Shown here one piece after another: positions 47,650 to 58,458 of a DNA stretch of 64,000 nucleotides (within the stretch, counting starts at the first letter, position 1; each line of letters starts with the position of its first letter). Source of the DNA: Alistipes sp. Its GTDB lineage: Bacteria > Bacteroidota > Bacteroidia > Bacteroidales > Rikenellaceae. A program made the translations under genes and the position numbers. The notes beneath the pieces are model-generated. The model ran no database searches. It was not told the origin of the DNA and saw nothing but the letters and a program-made list of their open reading frames with translations. Where the stretch lies: NCBI GenBank assembly GCA_045633525.1, contig JAZQYM010000014.1, positions 322 through 64,321 on the forward strand. The letters run 5' to 3'.

Positions 47650-49206
47650 ATGAATAGAGAACTTGTAATCAATGTAAATCCAACGGAGGTCTCAATTGCA
47701 CTCTGCGAGGATAAGGTCCTTGTGGAGTTGAACAAGGAGCGTTGCGAAAACGGTTTCTCGGTAGGCGACATCTACTTGGGTCGCGTACGAAAGATTATGC
47801 CGGGTTTGAATGCTGCGTTCGTAAATATTGGTCACGAGAAGGATGCCTTCATCCACTACCTCGATCTTGGTGCTAACTACGCGTCGTTGCAGCGTATCGT
47901 AGATAGCAGAAACAAGGGAGATAAGATGGTTAGAGTCGAGACTATGAAGCCCGAACCACATCTTGAGAAGGAGGGTCGCATAGGCGACCACTTGAAGGTG
48001 GGTGACACCATGTTGGTGCAGATATCCAAGGAGGCGATATCAACCAAGGGTCCACGTCTAACAGCAGATTTGTCGCTTGCGGGACGAAATGTGGTGTTGG
48101 TGCCATTCTCGAATAAGGTGATGGTATCTGCAAAGATACGCTCCAATGCCGAAAAGAAACGACTTCGTAAAGTAGCGCTCGATGTGCTACCAAAGAATTT
48201 CGGTGTCATCATCCGCACTGCTGCAGCTTCGGCAGAGGATATAGACATTATGCAAGACATACTCTCTCTTGTTGAGAGATGGAACAAGACTCTTAGCACA
48301 ATGCGTAAGAGTGAGGCTCCCGCTCGCGTGATGAGCGAGATGAGCCGAGTGAATACAATTATTCGCGACTCGCTGAACGATACATTCTCGCAAATCACCG
48401 TAGATGACGAGACTCTATACGGAGAGATTAAGAGCTATGTACACGTCATTAAGCCAGAGATGGAGAAGTTGGTGAAGCTCTATAAGGGCAAGGTGCCAAT
48501 TTTTGACCAGTTCGATGTTGCGAAGCAGATTAAGTCGTTATTCGCAAAGTATGTATCGTTGCGCCGTGGTGCTTACCTAATTATTGAGCACACTGAGGCT
48601 ATGCACGTCATCGACGTCAACTCAGGAAACCGCACCAAGGCAGAGGACGACCAGGAGCAGACAGCCTTAGAGGTGAACCTTGCAGCAGCAGCCGAGATAG
48701 CACGCCAGTTGCGTCTTAGAGATATGGGTGGTATCATCATTGTCGACTTCATCGATATGCGTAAGCAGCAGAGCCGACAGATACTTCTTCAGGAGATGCA
48801 ACAGCTAATGGCTAAGGATAAGGCAAAGCACACAATTCTGCCACTCACCAAGTTTGGTCTTATGCAGATTACGCGACAGCGTGTGCGCCCAATTGCCGTA
48901 GAGGAGACTTCGGATATATGCCCAACGTGCTATGGTACAGGTAAGGTTGGTCCTACAATCTTGCTTGAGAATAAGATCGAGGGGCAAGTACAACTTCTTG
49001 CAGAAAAGGGGGCGAAATATATCAACCTTAGAGTAAGCCCGTATGTTAAGGCTTATCTTACAAAGGGACTCCTATCAAGAAGATTGCGTTGGATTTTCAA
49101 GTATAAGACATTCATTAAGCTTAGCTCATCGCAGAGCATCGGTATGGTGGATGTTGGTTACTTCGACAGAAAGGGAGAGTCGCTTCTTATTAACTCTCAA
49201 GAGTAA
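47650..49206 (+). CDS. Ribonuclease E/G family
   Basis: S1 domain, TKGPRL, IDVNSG and RLRDMGGIIIVDFIDM motifs. Confidence 0.93.
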   Translation: MNRELVINVNPTEVSIALCEDKVLVELNKERCENGFSVGDIYLGRVRKIMPGLNAAFVNIGHEKDAFIHYLDLGANYASLQRIVDSRNKGDKMVRVETMKPEPHLEKEGRIGDHLKVGDTMLVQISKEAISTKGPRLTADLSLAGRNVVLVPFSNKVMVSAKIRSNAEKKRLRKVALDVLPKNFGVIIRTAAASAEDIDIMQDILSLVERWNKTLSTMRKSEAPARVMSEMSRVNTIIRDSLNDTFSQITVDDETLYGEIKSYVHVIKPEMEKLVKLYKGKVPIFDQFDVAKQIKSLFAKYVSLRRGAYLIIEHTEAMHVIDVNSGNRTKAEDDQEQTALEVNLAAAAEIARQLRLRDMGGIIIVDFIDMRKQQSRQILLQEMQQLMAKDKAKHTILPLTKFGLMQITRQRVRPIAVEETSDICPTCYGTGKVGPTILLENKIEGQVQLLAEKGAKYINLRVSPYVKAYLTKGLLSRRLRWIFKYKTFIKLSSSQSIGMVDVGYFDRKGESLLINSQE

Positions 49207-49223
49207 AACCCTAACGAAGCGAT

Positions 49224-52200
49224 ATGAACTATTTGAAGGGGCTTGTTCGTGACTCCAAACTCGCGAACGAGTTGTACAAATGTTTGGAAAATAGAGGCTC
49301 TACCGTCCATCTAAATCAGGTGGTCGGCGGGGCCTTTTCGTTATATTCGGCAGCTACGATAGAGCGTATGGGTGGTCTGCATATCTTCCTTATGGAGGAT
49401 AGAGATAGTGCTGCCTATCTTGTTAATGACTTCTACGAACTGCTTAACGATGAGGATGTTGCCTTCTTCCCATCAGGCTATAAGCGCTCGTTGGCTTATG
49501 GCTCGGAGGATGCTCAAGGTGTGGTGCAGCGAACAGCAACGCTCAACGCTATAACCAATCATCGTGAGGGTTATTTGGTCGTGTGTACCTACCCCGAGGC
49601 GTTGGCAGAGACGGTGACGGGGCGTGTAAATCTCGATAAGCAGTCGTTGCATCTGCATCGAGGTGATGCCATGAAGCAGGCCGATCTTATCGCGTGGCTG
49701 GAGGAGCATAACTTTGTGCGTGTAGAGTTTGTTTATGAGCCGGGTCAGTACTCTGTTCGAGGAGGCTTGGTAGATATCTTCTCGTATGCCGAGTCGCGCC
49801 CGTATCGCGTAGACTTCTTTGGTGACGAGATAGACTCGTTGCGTAGGTTTGATATTGCCAGTCAGCTCTCGGAGGAGCGTCCTGAGGAGGTCTATATCAT
49901 TCCCAATACCACTCGCGAGGATGGCGAGAGGGTATCGTTGGCGGAGTTTGCAGGCAAGGCTACTTGGTGGATTGGCGATGGCGATTTCGCTCTTCGTAAG
50001 GTGGCAGATATACGCAAAAAGTTATTGGAGAGTGCTGAAAATGAGGAGCAAATAGCGAGCTTCACATCGCGTGTAACCTCGCGTCAGCGTCTGCTTGCCG
50101 ATTGGGCAGATTCTACAATCATCCTTCGTAAGGATAATATCAAGGAGCGTCAAGCTACCGATGAACTTAGCTTCGATACTGCGCCACAGCCAGCCTTTAA
50201 CCGCAACTTTGAGATGTTGGCGGATGATATTCGCTGGAATAAGGAGCGCGGTTACCAGACGATGATACTCTCGCATAACAAGGCTCAGGTAGAGCGACTT
50301 ACCAATATCTTCCATCAGGTGGGTCGCCGTCAGGTTGACTTCCGTGCAGAGGATTTGGTTATCCACGAGGGCTTCATTGATAACACGCTAAAAATCTGCG
50401 TATATACAGATCATCAGATATTTGATCGTTATCAGCGCTACCGTCTGCGAGGCGAGATTAAGCGCGACGAGCAGATGACCGTTGCAGAGCTTAACGCCTT
50501 GAAGGTGGGCGACTTTGTGGTGCATATTGACCACGGTGTCGGTCGCTTTGGAGGCTTGGTAAAGCTAAATGAGAATGGTCGAGTGAAGGAGGCTATCAAG
50601 CTGATATACAAGGATAACGATATCCTCTTTGTAAATGTTCACGCCCTGCATCGTATATCTCGATATAAGAGTGGCGAGGGCGAGGCACCAAAGATATACA
50701 AATTGGGTAATGGTGCTTGGCAGAAGCTGAAGGATACCACTAAGAAGGCGGTTAAGGATATCTCGCGTGAGCTTATCGCGTTGTATGCCAAGCGTAAGGC
50801 ATCGAAGGGTTTTGCCTTCTCGGAGGATAGCTATCTTCAGCAGGAGTTGGAGGCCTCGTTTAAGTGGGAGGATACGCCCGATCAGCAGAGTGCTGTGGCG
50901 GCTATAAAGAGTGATATGGAGTCCGATCAGCCAATGGATAGGCTTGTTTGCGGCGATGTGGGCTTTGGTAAGACCGAGGTTGCTATACGTGCAGCATTTA
51001 AGGCTGCGTGTGATGGTAAGCAGACGGCAGTACTTGTGCCAACCACGATTCTTGCCCTACAGCACTATCGTTCATTCTCGGAGCGTCTGCGCGATTTGCC
51101 TGTGACGGTGGAGTATATCAATCGTACGAAGTCGGCAAAAGAGACACGTCGTATTATCGAAGAGCTAAAGTCAGGTAAAATAGATATTCTTATTGGTACT
51201 CATAAGTTGTTGTCTAAACAGTTGGAGTTCCACGATTTAGGTCTGCTTATCATAGACGAGGAACAGAAGTTTGGTGTGGCGGCAAAGGAGAAGCTAACCC
51301 AGCTATCGGTGGCTGTGGATACCCTCACGCTTACGGCAACGCCAATTCCTCGAACACTACAATTCTCGCTTATGGGTTCGCGCGATTTGTCGATTATATC
51401 GACACCACCACCTAATAGGCAACCTATTGTTACCGAGTCGCACGTATTCTCGGAGGAGGTTATAAAGGATGCTATCGAGGAGGAGCTTTCGCGTGGCGGT
51501 CAGGTCTACTTCGTTCATAATCGCGTTGAGGATCTTACAACTATTCAGGGTCTTATCACACGCCTCTGCCCTAAGGCACGTGTGGCTATAGGTCACGGTC
51601 GTATGCCTGCCGAGCAGCTTGAGAAGCTTATAATGGACTTTATCTATGGAGAGTTTGATGTCTTGGTGGCAACGACGATTATTGAGAATGGTATCGATAT
51701 TGGTAATGCTAACACGATCATTATCAACGATGCACATCGCTTTGGTCTAAGCGATTTGCATCAGTTGCGCGGTCGTGTGGGTCGCTCCGATAGAAAGGGC
51801 TTTTGCTACTTGCTCTCGCCTCCGAATGAACTTATCGGCGATGATGCTCGACGTAGGTTGAGGGCTATTGAGGAGTTCTCGGATTTGGGCTCGGGCTTTA
51901 ATATCGCTATGCAGGACCTTGATATTCGTGGTGCAGGTAATTTGCTTGGTGCTGAGCAGAGTGGCTTTATTGCCGATGTAGGTATTGAGACCTACCAGAA
52001 GATTCTTAATCAAGCGATTTCGGAACTTCGCGCCGAGGGCCTTGATACATCGGGCTTGTCGCAGGCTGAGAACGATGCTATGCGAGATATCTCGTTTGTG
52101 GATGATGCTACGATTGATATCGATATCGATGCCTCAATTCCTGATAGTTATGTGCGTTCGCAGAGCGAGAAGTTGCGCCTTTATCGAGAGATTGATGCTA

Positions 52201-52574
52201 TGCGTGACGATGCTCAGTTTGATGCTTTGCTGGTGCGCCTGCAGGATAGATTTGGCGCTGTGCCACAGCCTGTTAGGGAACTTATGGATGTTGTGAAATT
52301 GCGTCGTGAGGCTATAAATCTCGGTATGGAGCATGTCAAGGTTAAGAACGGTTTGATGATTGTGCGTTTTGTGGGTGATAACAACTCGCCATTTTTTAAG
52401 ACCGATACCTTCCTAAATATGCTTCGTAGAGTGGTTTCGGAGCCAGATAGATTTGTTGTTAAGCAATATAATAATCGCTTGTCGATGACCGTTAGAAAGA
52501 TATATTCAATTGCCGAAGGCGTGGAGATGTTGCGCTCGTTGGCTCGTACGGCAAATGGCGAGGAGCGAAAATAG
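49224..52574 (+). CDS. mfd: Transcription-repair coupling factor
   Basis: VHIDHGVG, GDVGFGKTEVA, DEEQKFG and QLRGRVGRS motifs. Confidence 0.97.
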   Translation: MNYLKGLVRDSKLANELYKCLENRGSTVHLNQVVGGAFSLYSAATIERMGGLHIFLMEDRDSAAYLVNDFYELLNDEDVAFFPSGYKRSLAYGSEDAQGVVQRTATLNAITNHREGYLVVCTYPEALAETVTGRVNLDKQSLHLHRGDAMKQADLIAWLEEHNFVRVEFVYEPGQYSVRGGLVDIFSYAESRPYRVDFFGDEIDSLRRFDIASQLSEERPEEVYIIPNTTREDGERVSLAEFAGKATWWIGDGDFALRKVADIRKKLLESAENEEQIASFTSRVTSRQRLLADWADSTIILRKDNIKERQATDELSFDTAPQPAFNRNFEMLADDIRWNKERGYQTMILSHNKAQVERLTNIFHQVGRRQVDFRAEDLVIHEGFIDNTLKICVYTDHQIFDRYQRYRLRGEIKRDEQMTVAELNALKVGDFVVHIDHGVGRFGGLVKLNENGRVKEAIKLIYKDNDILFVNVHALHRISRYKSGEGEAPKIYKLGNGAWQKLKDTTKKAVKDISRELIALYAKRKASKGFAFSEDSYLQQELEASFKWEDTPDQQSAVAAIKSDMESDQPMDRLVCGDVGFGKTEVAIRAAFKAACDGKQTAVLVPTTILALQHYRSFSERLRDLPVTVEYINRTKSAKETRRIIEELKSGKIDILIGTHKLLSKQLEFHDLGLLIIDEEQKFGVAAKEKLTQLSVAVDTLTLTATPIPRTLQFSLMGSRDLSIISTPPPNRQPIVTESHVFSEEVIKDAIEEELSRGGQVYFVHNRVEDLTTIQGLITRLCPKARVAIGHGRMPAEQLEKLIMDFIYGEFDVLVATTIIENGIDIGNANTIIINDAHRFGLSDLHQLRGRVGRSDRKGFCYLLSPPNELIGDDARRRLRAIEEFSDLGSGFNIAMQDLDIRGAGNLLGAEQSGFIADVGIETYQKILNQAISELRAEGLDTSGLSQAENDAMRDISFVDDATIDIDIDASIPDSYVRSQSEKLRLYREIDAMRDDAQFDALLVRLQDRFGAVPQPVRELMDVVKLRREAINLGMEHVKVKNGLMIVRFVGDNNSPFFKTDTFLNMLRRVVSEPDRFVVKQYNNRLSMTVRKIYSIAEGVEMLRSLARTANGEERK

Positions 52575-52580
52575 AGGGAT

Positions 52581-53306
52581 ATGTATTTAATTGTTGATGT
52601 AGGAAATAGCAGAGCTAAGGTTGTAGTGTTTGATAATGACAGAATTGTATATCAGACTGTAGCTGAAACGCTTACTTATGATATTGTGTCAAGTATCGTG
52701 GCGCAGTATCAGGGTTTATGCTCGGCAATTATCTCTACCACAAGGGGCGATGGCGAGAGCTTAAAGGCGTTAGTTGAGAGGTGTGTTGAGCGTGTGTTGC
52801 TATTTGCTCCTGCAACTACGCCTATTCCAATTAAAAATGGCTATCATACGCCAAATACCTTGGGGGCAGATAGGCTTGCTGCGGCAGTTGGTGCTTGGGC
52901 TGTAGATCCCGAGAGCGATGTTATGGTCGTGGACTTTGGTACGGCAATTACTATCGACTATGTTATCGGAGGTGAGTTCCGCGGAGGCAATATCTCGCCT
53001 GGTGTGACAACACGCTTTCGTTCGCTTGCGGACTATACGGCTTGTTTGCCTTTGTGCTCTGCAACCGAGGAGGTTTTGGAGTATGGTCGTACGACCGTTG
53101 AGGCTATCGAGCAGGGTGTGATGCGAGGCGTTGAGCACGAAATAAGGGGTTATGTAGAGGCATTTTCTAAAGAAAATGATAAAAAACGCATAATTTTTAC
53201 CGGTGGCGACGCAAAATATTTTGTAAAGAGAATTAAAAACACGATATTTGCGGACTGTGGGCCGCTTATTTTCGGACTTGCTACAATTTTGAAGTATAAT
53301 GCTTAG
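52581..53306 (+). CDS. coaX: Type III pantothenate kinase
   Basis: DVGNS, LGADR, DFGTAIT and TGGD motifs. Confidence 0.93.
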   Translation: MYLIVDVGNSRAKVVVFDNDRIVYQTVAETLTYDIVSSIVAQYQGLCSAIISTTRGDGESLKALVERCVERVLLFAPATTPIPIKNGYHTPNTLGADRLAAAVGAWAVDPESDVMVVDFGTAITIDYVIGGEFRGGNISPGVTTRFRSLADYTACLPLCSATEEVLEYGRTTVEAIEQGVMRGVEHEIRGYVEAFSKENDKKRIIFTGGDAKYFVKRIKNTIFADCGPLIFGLATILKYNA

Positions 53307-54696
53307 AGTGAAGAGAGATATAATCTTAGGCGTGATGTTGCTTTTGTTGATGCCTTTTATGGCATCGGCACAGACAAGTAGTATCAATGCTTATTCGCCA
53401 TACTCGATGTATGGCATGGGTGAGTTGCTTACTCCTGGTTCTGCGCAGATGCGTAGTATGGGAGGTGTAGGTATTGCTGTGCGTAACTATGGCGAGATAA
53501 ATGTTTTAAATCCTGCCGCAGCAAGTATCGCACCACAGAAGAGTTTTCTCTTCGATGTAGGCTTTGACGGCACATACTTCTACAACATTCAGTCAAAGTA
53601 TAATGCTGATGGTGTTGCACTAAAGCCAGCGGAGACAGCATACAAAACTGCAAATATCCACAGTATCTCGCTTACATTCCCATTGGCAGAGCGTGTGGGT
53701 CTGTCGTTTAGCATTGCGCCTTATAGCAGTGTGGGCTATAAAGTAAAGACTACCGATGAGAATGAGGATACTTGGGCAGATATCGGTCGCGTGCGTTATG
53801 GTCACGATGGCGAGGGTGATATTAGCCAGGTGAAGTTGTCGTTGGGTTGGGCACCATGGCAGAAGTTCTCTGTGGGTGTAGCTGCGAAGTACTACTGGGG
53901 TAGCGTGACACGCTCATACGAGGCGGCGGCTACGAATGTTATCACTGGCTCGGGTGTTTACGCATCAACTAAGGGTGTGGATAACTACGAGGTAAGTAAC
54001 ATCAAGCTTCAGCTTGGTCTTCAGTGGAGCCCTGTGCAGACCGAGGCTAAGAGCTTTACTCTTGGTGCTACATACGACTTTGGCGGTAAGCTAAATCCGA
54101 AGAAGAAGAGTTATGTATATACCGACAACGTGATAAATAGCATCAAGGATAACCCTATTCGTCAGAGAATCGATGCTATGGAGCTACGTGTGCCACACGA
54201 GTTGGGTGTGGGTGTGTTCTTCCGCAATAGAAAGATGGCGTGGGGTGCTGATTATCTCTATGCGTCGTGGGGTGGCGATAACTCTGGATATACGGAGAAT
54301 ACAACGCCATCGACTATAGATGTTCGCTATATCGATACACATACCGTGAAACTCGGTTTTGAGTACACACCTCGTGTTAACGATGTGCGTAATTACCTAA
54401 ATCGTATTGCATACCGTGCCGGCGTGCGAGCTGGTAACTACTACCAGTCGTTTGGCGGTGAGAAGATTAACACCATCGCGGTAAGTGCCGGTTTTGGCCT
54501 GCCACTAAAGATATGGGGTATCTCTACGATGAATATCGGCTTTGAGTATGGTCGTATGTCGTCTAAGAACCCTGTCAAGCTGGATGCTAAGAAGGTGGGT
54601 CTTGTAAGCCAGCAGAGCTTCAAGATAACGTTGGGCTTCTCATTGTTCTCGGCCGATACAGCAGACTATTGGTTTGTGCAGCAGAAGTACGATTAA
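53299..54696 (+). CDS. Outer-membrane beta-barrel protein (FadL/Toluene_X-like)
   Basis: Signal peptide, SPYSMYGMG, MGG and NPA motifs, beta strands. Confidence 0.75.
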   Translation: MLRVKRDIILGVMLLLLMPFMASAQTSSINAYSPYSMYGMGELLTPGSAQMRSMGGVGIAVRNYGEINVLNPAAASIAPQKSFLFDVGFDGTYFYNIQSKYNADGVALKPAETAYKTANIHSISLTFPLAERVGLSFSIAPYSSVGYKVKTTDENEDTWADIGRVRYGHDGEGDISQVKLSLGWAPWQKFSVGVAAKYYWGSVTRSYEAAATNVITGSGVYASTKGVDNYEVSNIKLQLGLQWSPVQTEAKSFTLGATYDFGGKLNPKKKSYVYTDNVINSIKDNPIRQRIDAMELRVPHELGVGVFFRNRKMAWGADYLYASWGGDNSGYTENTTPSTIDVRYIDTHTVKLGFEYTPRVNDVRNYLNRIAYRAGVRAGNYYQSFGGEKINTIAVSAGFGLPLKIWGISTMNIGFEYGRMSSKNPVKLDAKKVGLVSQQSFKITLGFSLFSADTADYWFVQQKYD

Positions 54697-54756
54697 CCTA
54701 ACCCATTTAGTAAGAAACAAAGCAAAACTATAAAATTAAAAAACTAACTACAATTT

Positions 54757-56103
54757 ATGAAAAGCGTAAAATTTCTTTTGGCTGCCGTAGCGATGTTCGT
54801 TGGCTTAAACGCGATGGCACAGGATTTTAGCGATGACAAAGTCTATGGTAAGTGGGGCGCAACTGTTGAGGAGCGTCAGGAGAACATCCTTGCCAGCAAC
54901 TACCTTAAGGAGGCTATCGATGCTAAGGATTTCAACCGTGCTGCACACTATTTCCAGCAGCTTTTGGAGAAGTGTCCAGAGGCTTCACAGCAGACTTTTG
55001 CTCGTGGTGTAACTATCTACAAGAACAAGGCACAGCGTGCTCGTAGCGTTGAGCAGAAGCGTATGTTTATCGACTCTGTACTCTTTATCTACGATCAGCG
55101 TGTTGTTTACTTCGGTAACCACGAGAAGAATGGTAAGGATTACATCCTTGATATGAAGGCTCGCGATATGCTCCGTTACTGCACTACAGACCGTCCATTG
55201 CTTCGTGCTGGTTTGAAGGATGCTGTAGATGCTGCAATGGAGAGTGGTCGTGTTAACCTCGATATCGTAGCTTCATACTACAAGTATCTTTGCGAGGATT
55301 TCGAGTATGATGATAATGTAACAAGCGATATCGTACTTACAGAGTATGAGCGTCTTTCTCCATTGTTTGCAGAGGTTTCTGCAGAGGATGAGCAGTACAA
55401 GGAGATCTTCGAGAATAGCTTTGGTACAAGTGGCGCTGCAAGCTGCGACAACCTTGAGACTTTGTTCTCTGCAAAGCTTGAGGCTGATCCAGATAACGTA
55501 GCACTTTTGGCTCAGGCAGTAGCACTTATGTCACGTGCTCAGTGTACAAGCGACTTCTTCTTCGCTTCAACTGAGAAGTACTACGCTGTAAACCCATCTT
55601 CTGAGACAGCGCTCTTCCTTGCACAGGGCTTCCAGGGTCGTGGCGAGAATGATAAGGCGTTGAAGTATTTGCGTGAGGCATTGGCTGTTGAGGCTGATCC
55701 TGCTCGCAAGGAGCCTTTGTATGTTCAGATCGCTCTTATCGAGATTAGCAACCACAACTACAGCGCAGCTGCTGATGCTGCTCGTGAGTTGCGCGGTATC
55801 AACCCTGAGAATGGTTACGCATACTTCATCCTTGGTCAGTGCTACGCATCTACAACATGTGCTGATGACAAGGTTGGTGGTACAACAGTTTACTGGGCTG
55901 CATACGATGCTATGGCTCAGGCTGCTAACCTTCTTAAGGATGAGCCAGAGGTGTTGAAGGCTGCACAGCAGTTGATGAACGCTTACCGTGCTGCATTCCC
56001 TCCACAGGAGCAGTGCTTCTTCGCAGAGCTTACTGCTGGTGCTCGTTACACCATCACTTGCGGCTTTGCTAAGGGTCAGACAACAACAGTTCGTTACCGC
56101 TAA
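54757..56103 (+). CDS. Exported TPR-repeat protein
   Basis: Signal peptide; helical TPR-like repeats (KALKYLREAL, AYFILGQCY). Confidence 0.75.
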   Translation: MKSVKFLLAAVAMFVGLNAMAQDFSDDKVYGKWGATVEERQENILASNYLKEAIDAKDFNRAAHYFQQLLEKCPEASQQTFARGVTIYKNKAQRARSVEQKRMFIDSVLFIYDQRVVYFGNHEKNGKDYILDMKARDMLRYCTTDRPLLRAGLKDAVDAAMESGRVNLDIVASYYKYLCEDFEYDDNVTSDIVLTEYERLSPLFAEVSAEDEQYKEIFENSFGTSGAASCDNLETLFSAKLEADPDNVALLAQAVALMSRAQCTSDFFFASTEKYYAVNPSSETALFLAQGFQGRGENDKALKYLREALAVEADPARKEPLYVQIALIEISNHNYSAAADAARELRGINPENGYAYFILGQCYASTTCADDKVGGTTVYWAAYDAMAQAANLLKDEPEVLKAAQQLMNAYRAAFPPQEQCFFAELTAGARYTITCGFAKGQTTTVRYR

Positions 56104-56124
56104 TATTAGGCATTTACCTGAGAT

Positions 56125-57102
56125 ATGCTCATGAGAATGAAACGATATGCAGTGTTAGCACTCTCCGTATTGGGGAGTGCTACATTGCTATTCTCTTGTG
56201 GCAAAAAGGTACACGTTACATCCTACGATAATGAGACTCTGATGACAGAGTCGAGCGAGAACCGCACGATAACAATGATGGAGAATGGCAAGCGCTCCTA
56301 TACCTTTACCTCTCCGCTAATGGAGGGCTATAGGCTGGCCTCGAACCCATATCAGGAGTTTCGTCGCGGTATTGAAATGACAACATTTACTGACTCCTTG
56401 TCGCTCCCCGAGGTAACTATTACTGCGAACTATGCTATCTACTATGAGTTGCAGAGGTTGTGGGAGGCAAAGGGTAATGTGGTGGTTATACGCCGTGACC
56501 GTGAGGAGGGCGATACCACTGTTAAGGGACATACTGAGGTATATACTCAGCAGTTGTTCTGGAATGCTACAACGAAGAAGATATACTCGAACGTAGATAC
56601 AAAGGTCTTGCAGGCTGACGGCTGGCACTTCGGTGTGGGCTTCGATGCCGATGAAGATTTGAAGAATATTCACTTCCGTAAATATAGCTCCGAGGTTGAG
56701 TTTGAGATGACCGAGGAGGAGAAGAGCGATACCACTAAGCGTAAGAGTCTTGAGGAGAAGATTCAGGAGGATAGTGGCTTGTCAGAGCAAGAGGGTAGAG
56801 CTGATAGAGATCGCCGGGCGGAGCGCGATGCTCGTGCCAAGGCTCCTGCTAAGCAGGTGCCAGGCTTTGCCTCGCCAAGACCTACGGAGGGAAATATTGT
56901 GCGACCAACAGAGCCTCTAAAGCCTCATGGAAATATGCAGGTAGAGGGTGGTGATCAAAGACCAATGCCAGCAAATAATGGTCGTGAGATGCGTCCAGGT
57001 AGTAGACCTGTTGGTGGTGCTCAGTCGCAGAATCCTATAAGCATTAACGCCTCAAAAGTGGAGATAGATAATGGTCCACAGAGTGGCGCTGCAAAGAGGT
57101 AA
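56125..57102 (+). CDS. lptC: LPS export periplasmic protein LptC with a long disordered C-terminal tail
   Basis: Lipobox FSC; ITANYA, WEAKGNV, TQQLFW, IYS and GVGF motifs. Confidence 0.78.
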   Translation: MLMRMKRYAVLALSVLGSATLLFSCGKKVHVTSYDNETLMTESSENRTITMMENGKRSYTFTSPLMEGYRLASNPYQEFRRGIEMTTFTDSLSLPEVTITANYAIYYELQRLWEAKGNVVVIRRDREEGDTTVKGHTEVYTQQLFWNATTKKIYSNVDTKVLQADGWHFGVGFDADEDLKNIHFRKYSSEVEFEMTEEEKSDTTKRKSLEEKIQEDSGLSEQEGRADRDRRAERDARAKAPAKQVPGFASPRPTEGNIVRPTEPLKPHGNMQVEGGDQRPMPANNGREMRPGSRPVGGAQSQNPISINASKVEIDNGPQSGAAKR

Positions 57103-57128
57103 TGCACGAAATATCAAGATTTATTTAG

Positions 57129-58376
57129 ATGGGTGAAGATACTTTATCGATACTTATAATTATAGCCGTGATGCTCGTCTTCTCGGCATTCTTTTCTGGT
57201 ATGGAGATCGCCTTCTTGGGTCGTAATAGACTCAGAGAGGAGATCGACCGTAAGCAGAATTTTATGTTTAATCATATTGCTGAGCTCTTTGCGCGCAACT
57301 CAAGCAACTACATCACCACAATTCTTGTGGGTAACAACATCGCTCTTGTTATCTACTCTATGGCGATGTCGAAGCTTATGCTCGAGTCCTTTGCAATAGA
57401 TAACACACTTCTTCAGACGATTATATCTACCGTTGTTATCATCTTTATTGGAGAGTATATCCCTAAGACGGTGGTGAGGTATAATCCGAACTTTTACTAT
57501 CGTATCTTCGCTCCGATAATATACCTATTCTATATTATATTATATCCGCTATCGCGTTTTACGACGCTTCTATCCTATCTGTTGCTACGCCTTATGGGTA
57601 GGCGTGTGGAGAGTAGAGAGGAGCCTACGGAGTTTAATCGTGATGACCTTGCATCGCTTGTTGAGGCGGATAATATCGAGGTCGATGAGGAGGACGAGGA
57701 GGATATACGTCTCTTCCAGAATGCCTTGGACTTTGCCGATCTTAGAGTGCGCGACTGTATGATTCAGCGTGTAGACGTTGAGGCAGTAGACCTTGAGACT
57801 ACCTCAGTGGAGGAGCTCACCCAGCGTTTTGTTGAGACCAACTATTCGCGTATCTTCGTATGGCACGATACTATTGATAATATCATCGGCTATGTGAACT
57901 CGAAGAGTCTCTTTGAGAATCCGCAGTCGATATCGGATATCCTTATTAAGACTATCTATGTTGCCGAGACTATGCCTCTGCAGTCGATGTTGGAGACCTT
58001 TACCAAGCGTAAGGCGAGTATTGCAGTGGTCATTGACGAGTATGGTGGTACGGCGGGTATCATCTCGTTGGAGGATGTGTTGGAGCAGATTTTCGGCGAG
58101 ATTGAGGATGAGCACGATGTTCAGGAGTTGGTGGAGAAGAGCATTGGTGAGCGAGCTTGGCAATTTTCTGCACGTCTCGAGGTTGAGTATCTTAACGATG
58201 AGTATGAGCTTGGTATCCCTGAGAGTGATGAGTATGACACCTTGGCGGGATATATTATTGCTGAGCACGGAGCTATTCCGCATGAGGGCGAGGTGCTTGA
58301 AAACGAGCAGTTCTCGATAAAAATTCTTCGACGCGAGAGTTCTCGTCTCGATCTTGTTGAGGTGCATTGTAAATAA
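57129..58376 (+). CDS. Hemolysin/CNNM family (DUF21-CBS-CorC) protein
   Basis: SAFFSGMEIA, GEYIPK, VIDEYGGT and GEIEDEHD motifs. Confidence 0.9.
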   Translation: MGEDTLSILIIIAVMLVFSAFFSGMEIAFLGRNRLREEIDRKQNFMFNHIAELFARNSSNYITTILVGNNIALVIYSMAMSKLMLESFAIDNTLLQTIISTVVIIFIGEYIPKTVVRYNPNFYYRIFAPIIYLFYIILYPLSRFTTLLSYLLLRLMGRRVESREEPTEFNRDDLASLVEADNIEVDEEDEEDIRLFQNALDFADLRVRDCMIQRVDVEAVDLETTSVEELTQRFVETNYSRIFVWHDTIDNIIGYVNSKSLFENPQSISDILIKTIYVAETMPLQSMLETFTKRKASIAVVIDEYGGTAGIISLEDVLEQIFGEIEDEHDVQELVEKSIGERAWQFSARLEVEYLNDEYELGIPESDEYDTLAGYIIAEHGAIPHEGEVLENEQFSIKILRRESSRLDLVEVHCK

Positions 58377-58458
58377 TTTACTATAAAATGGTGATATTAA
58401 ATAAAAAATTACTACCTTTGGGGGTTTAAAAGAAATCAATGACAAAAAAATAATTATT

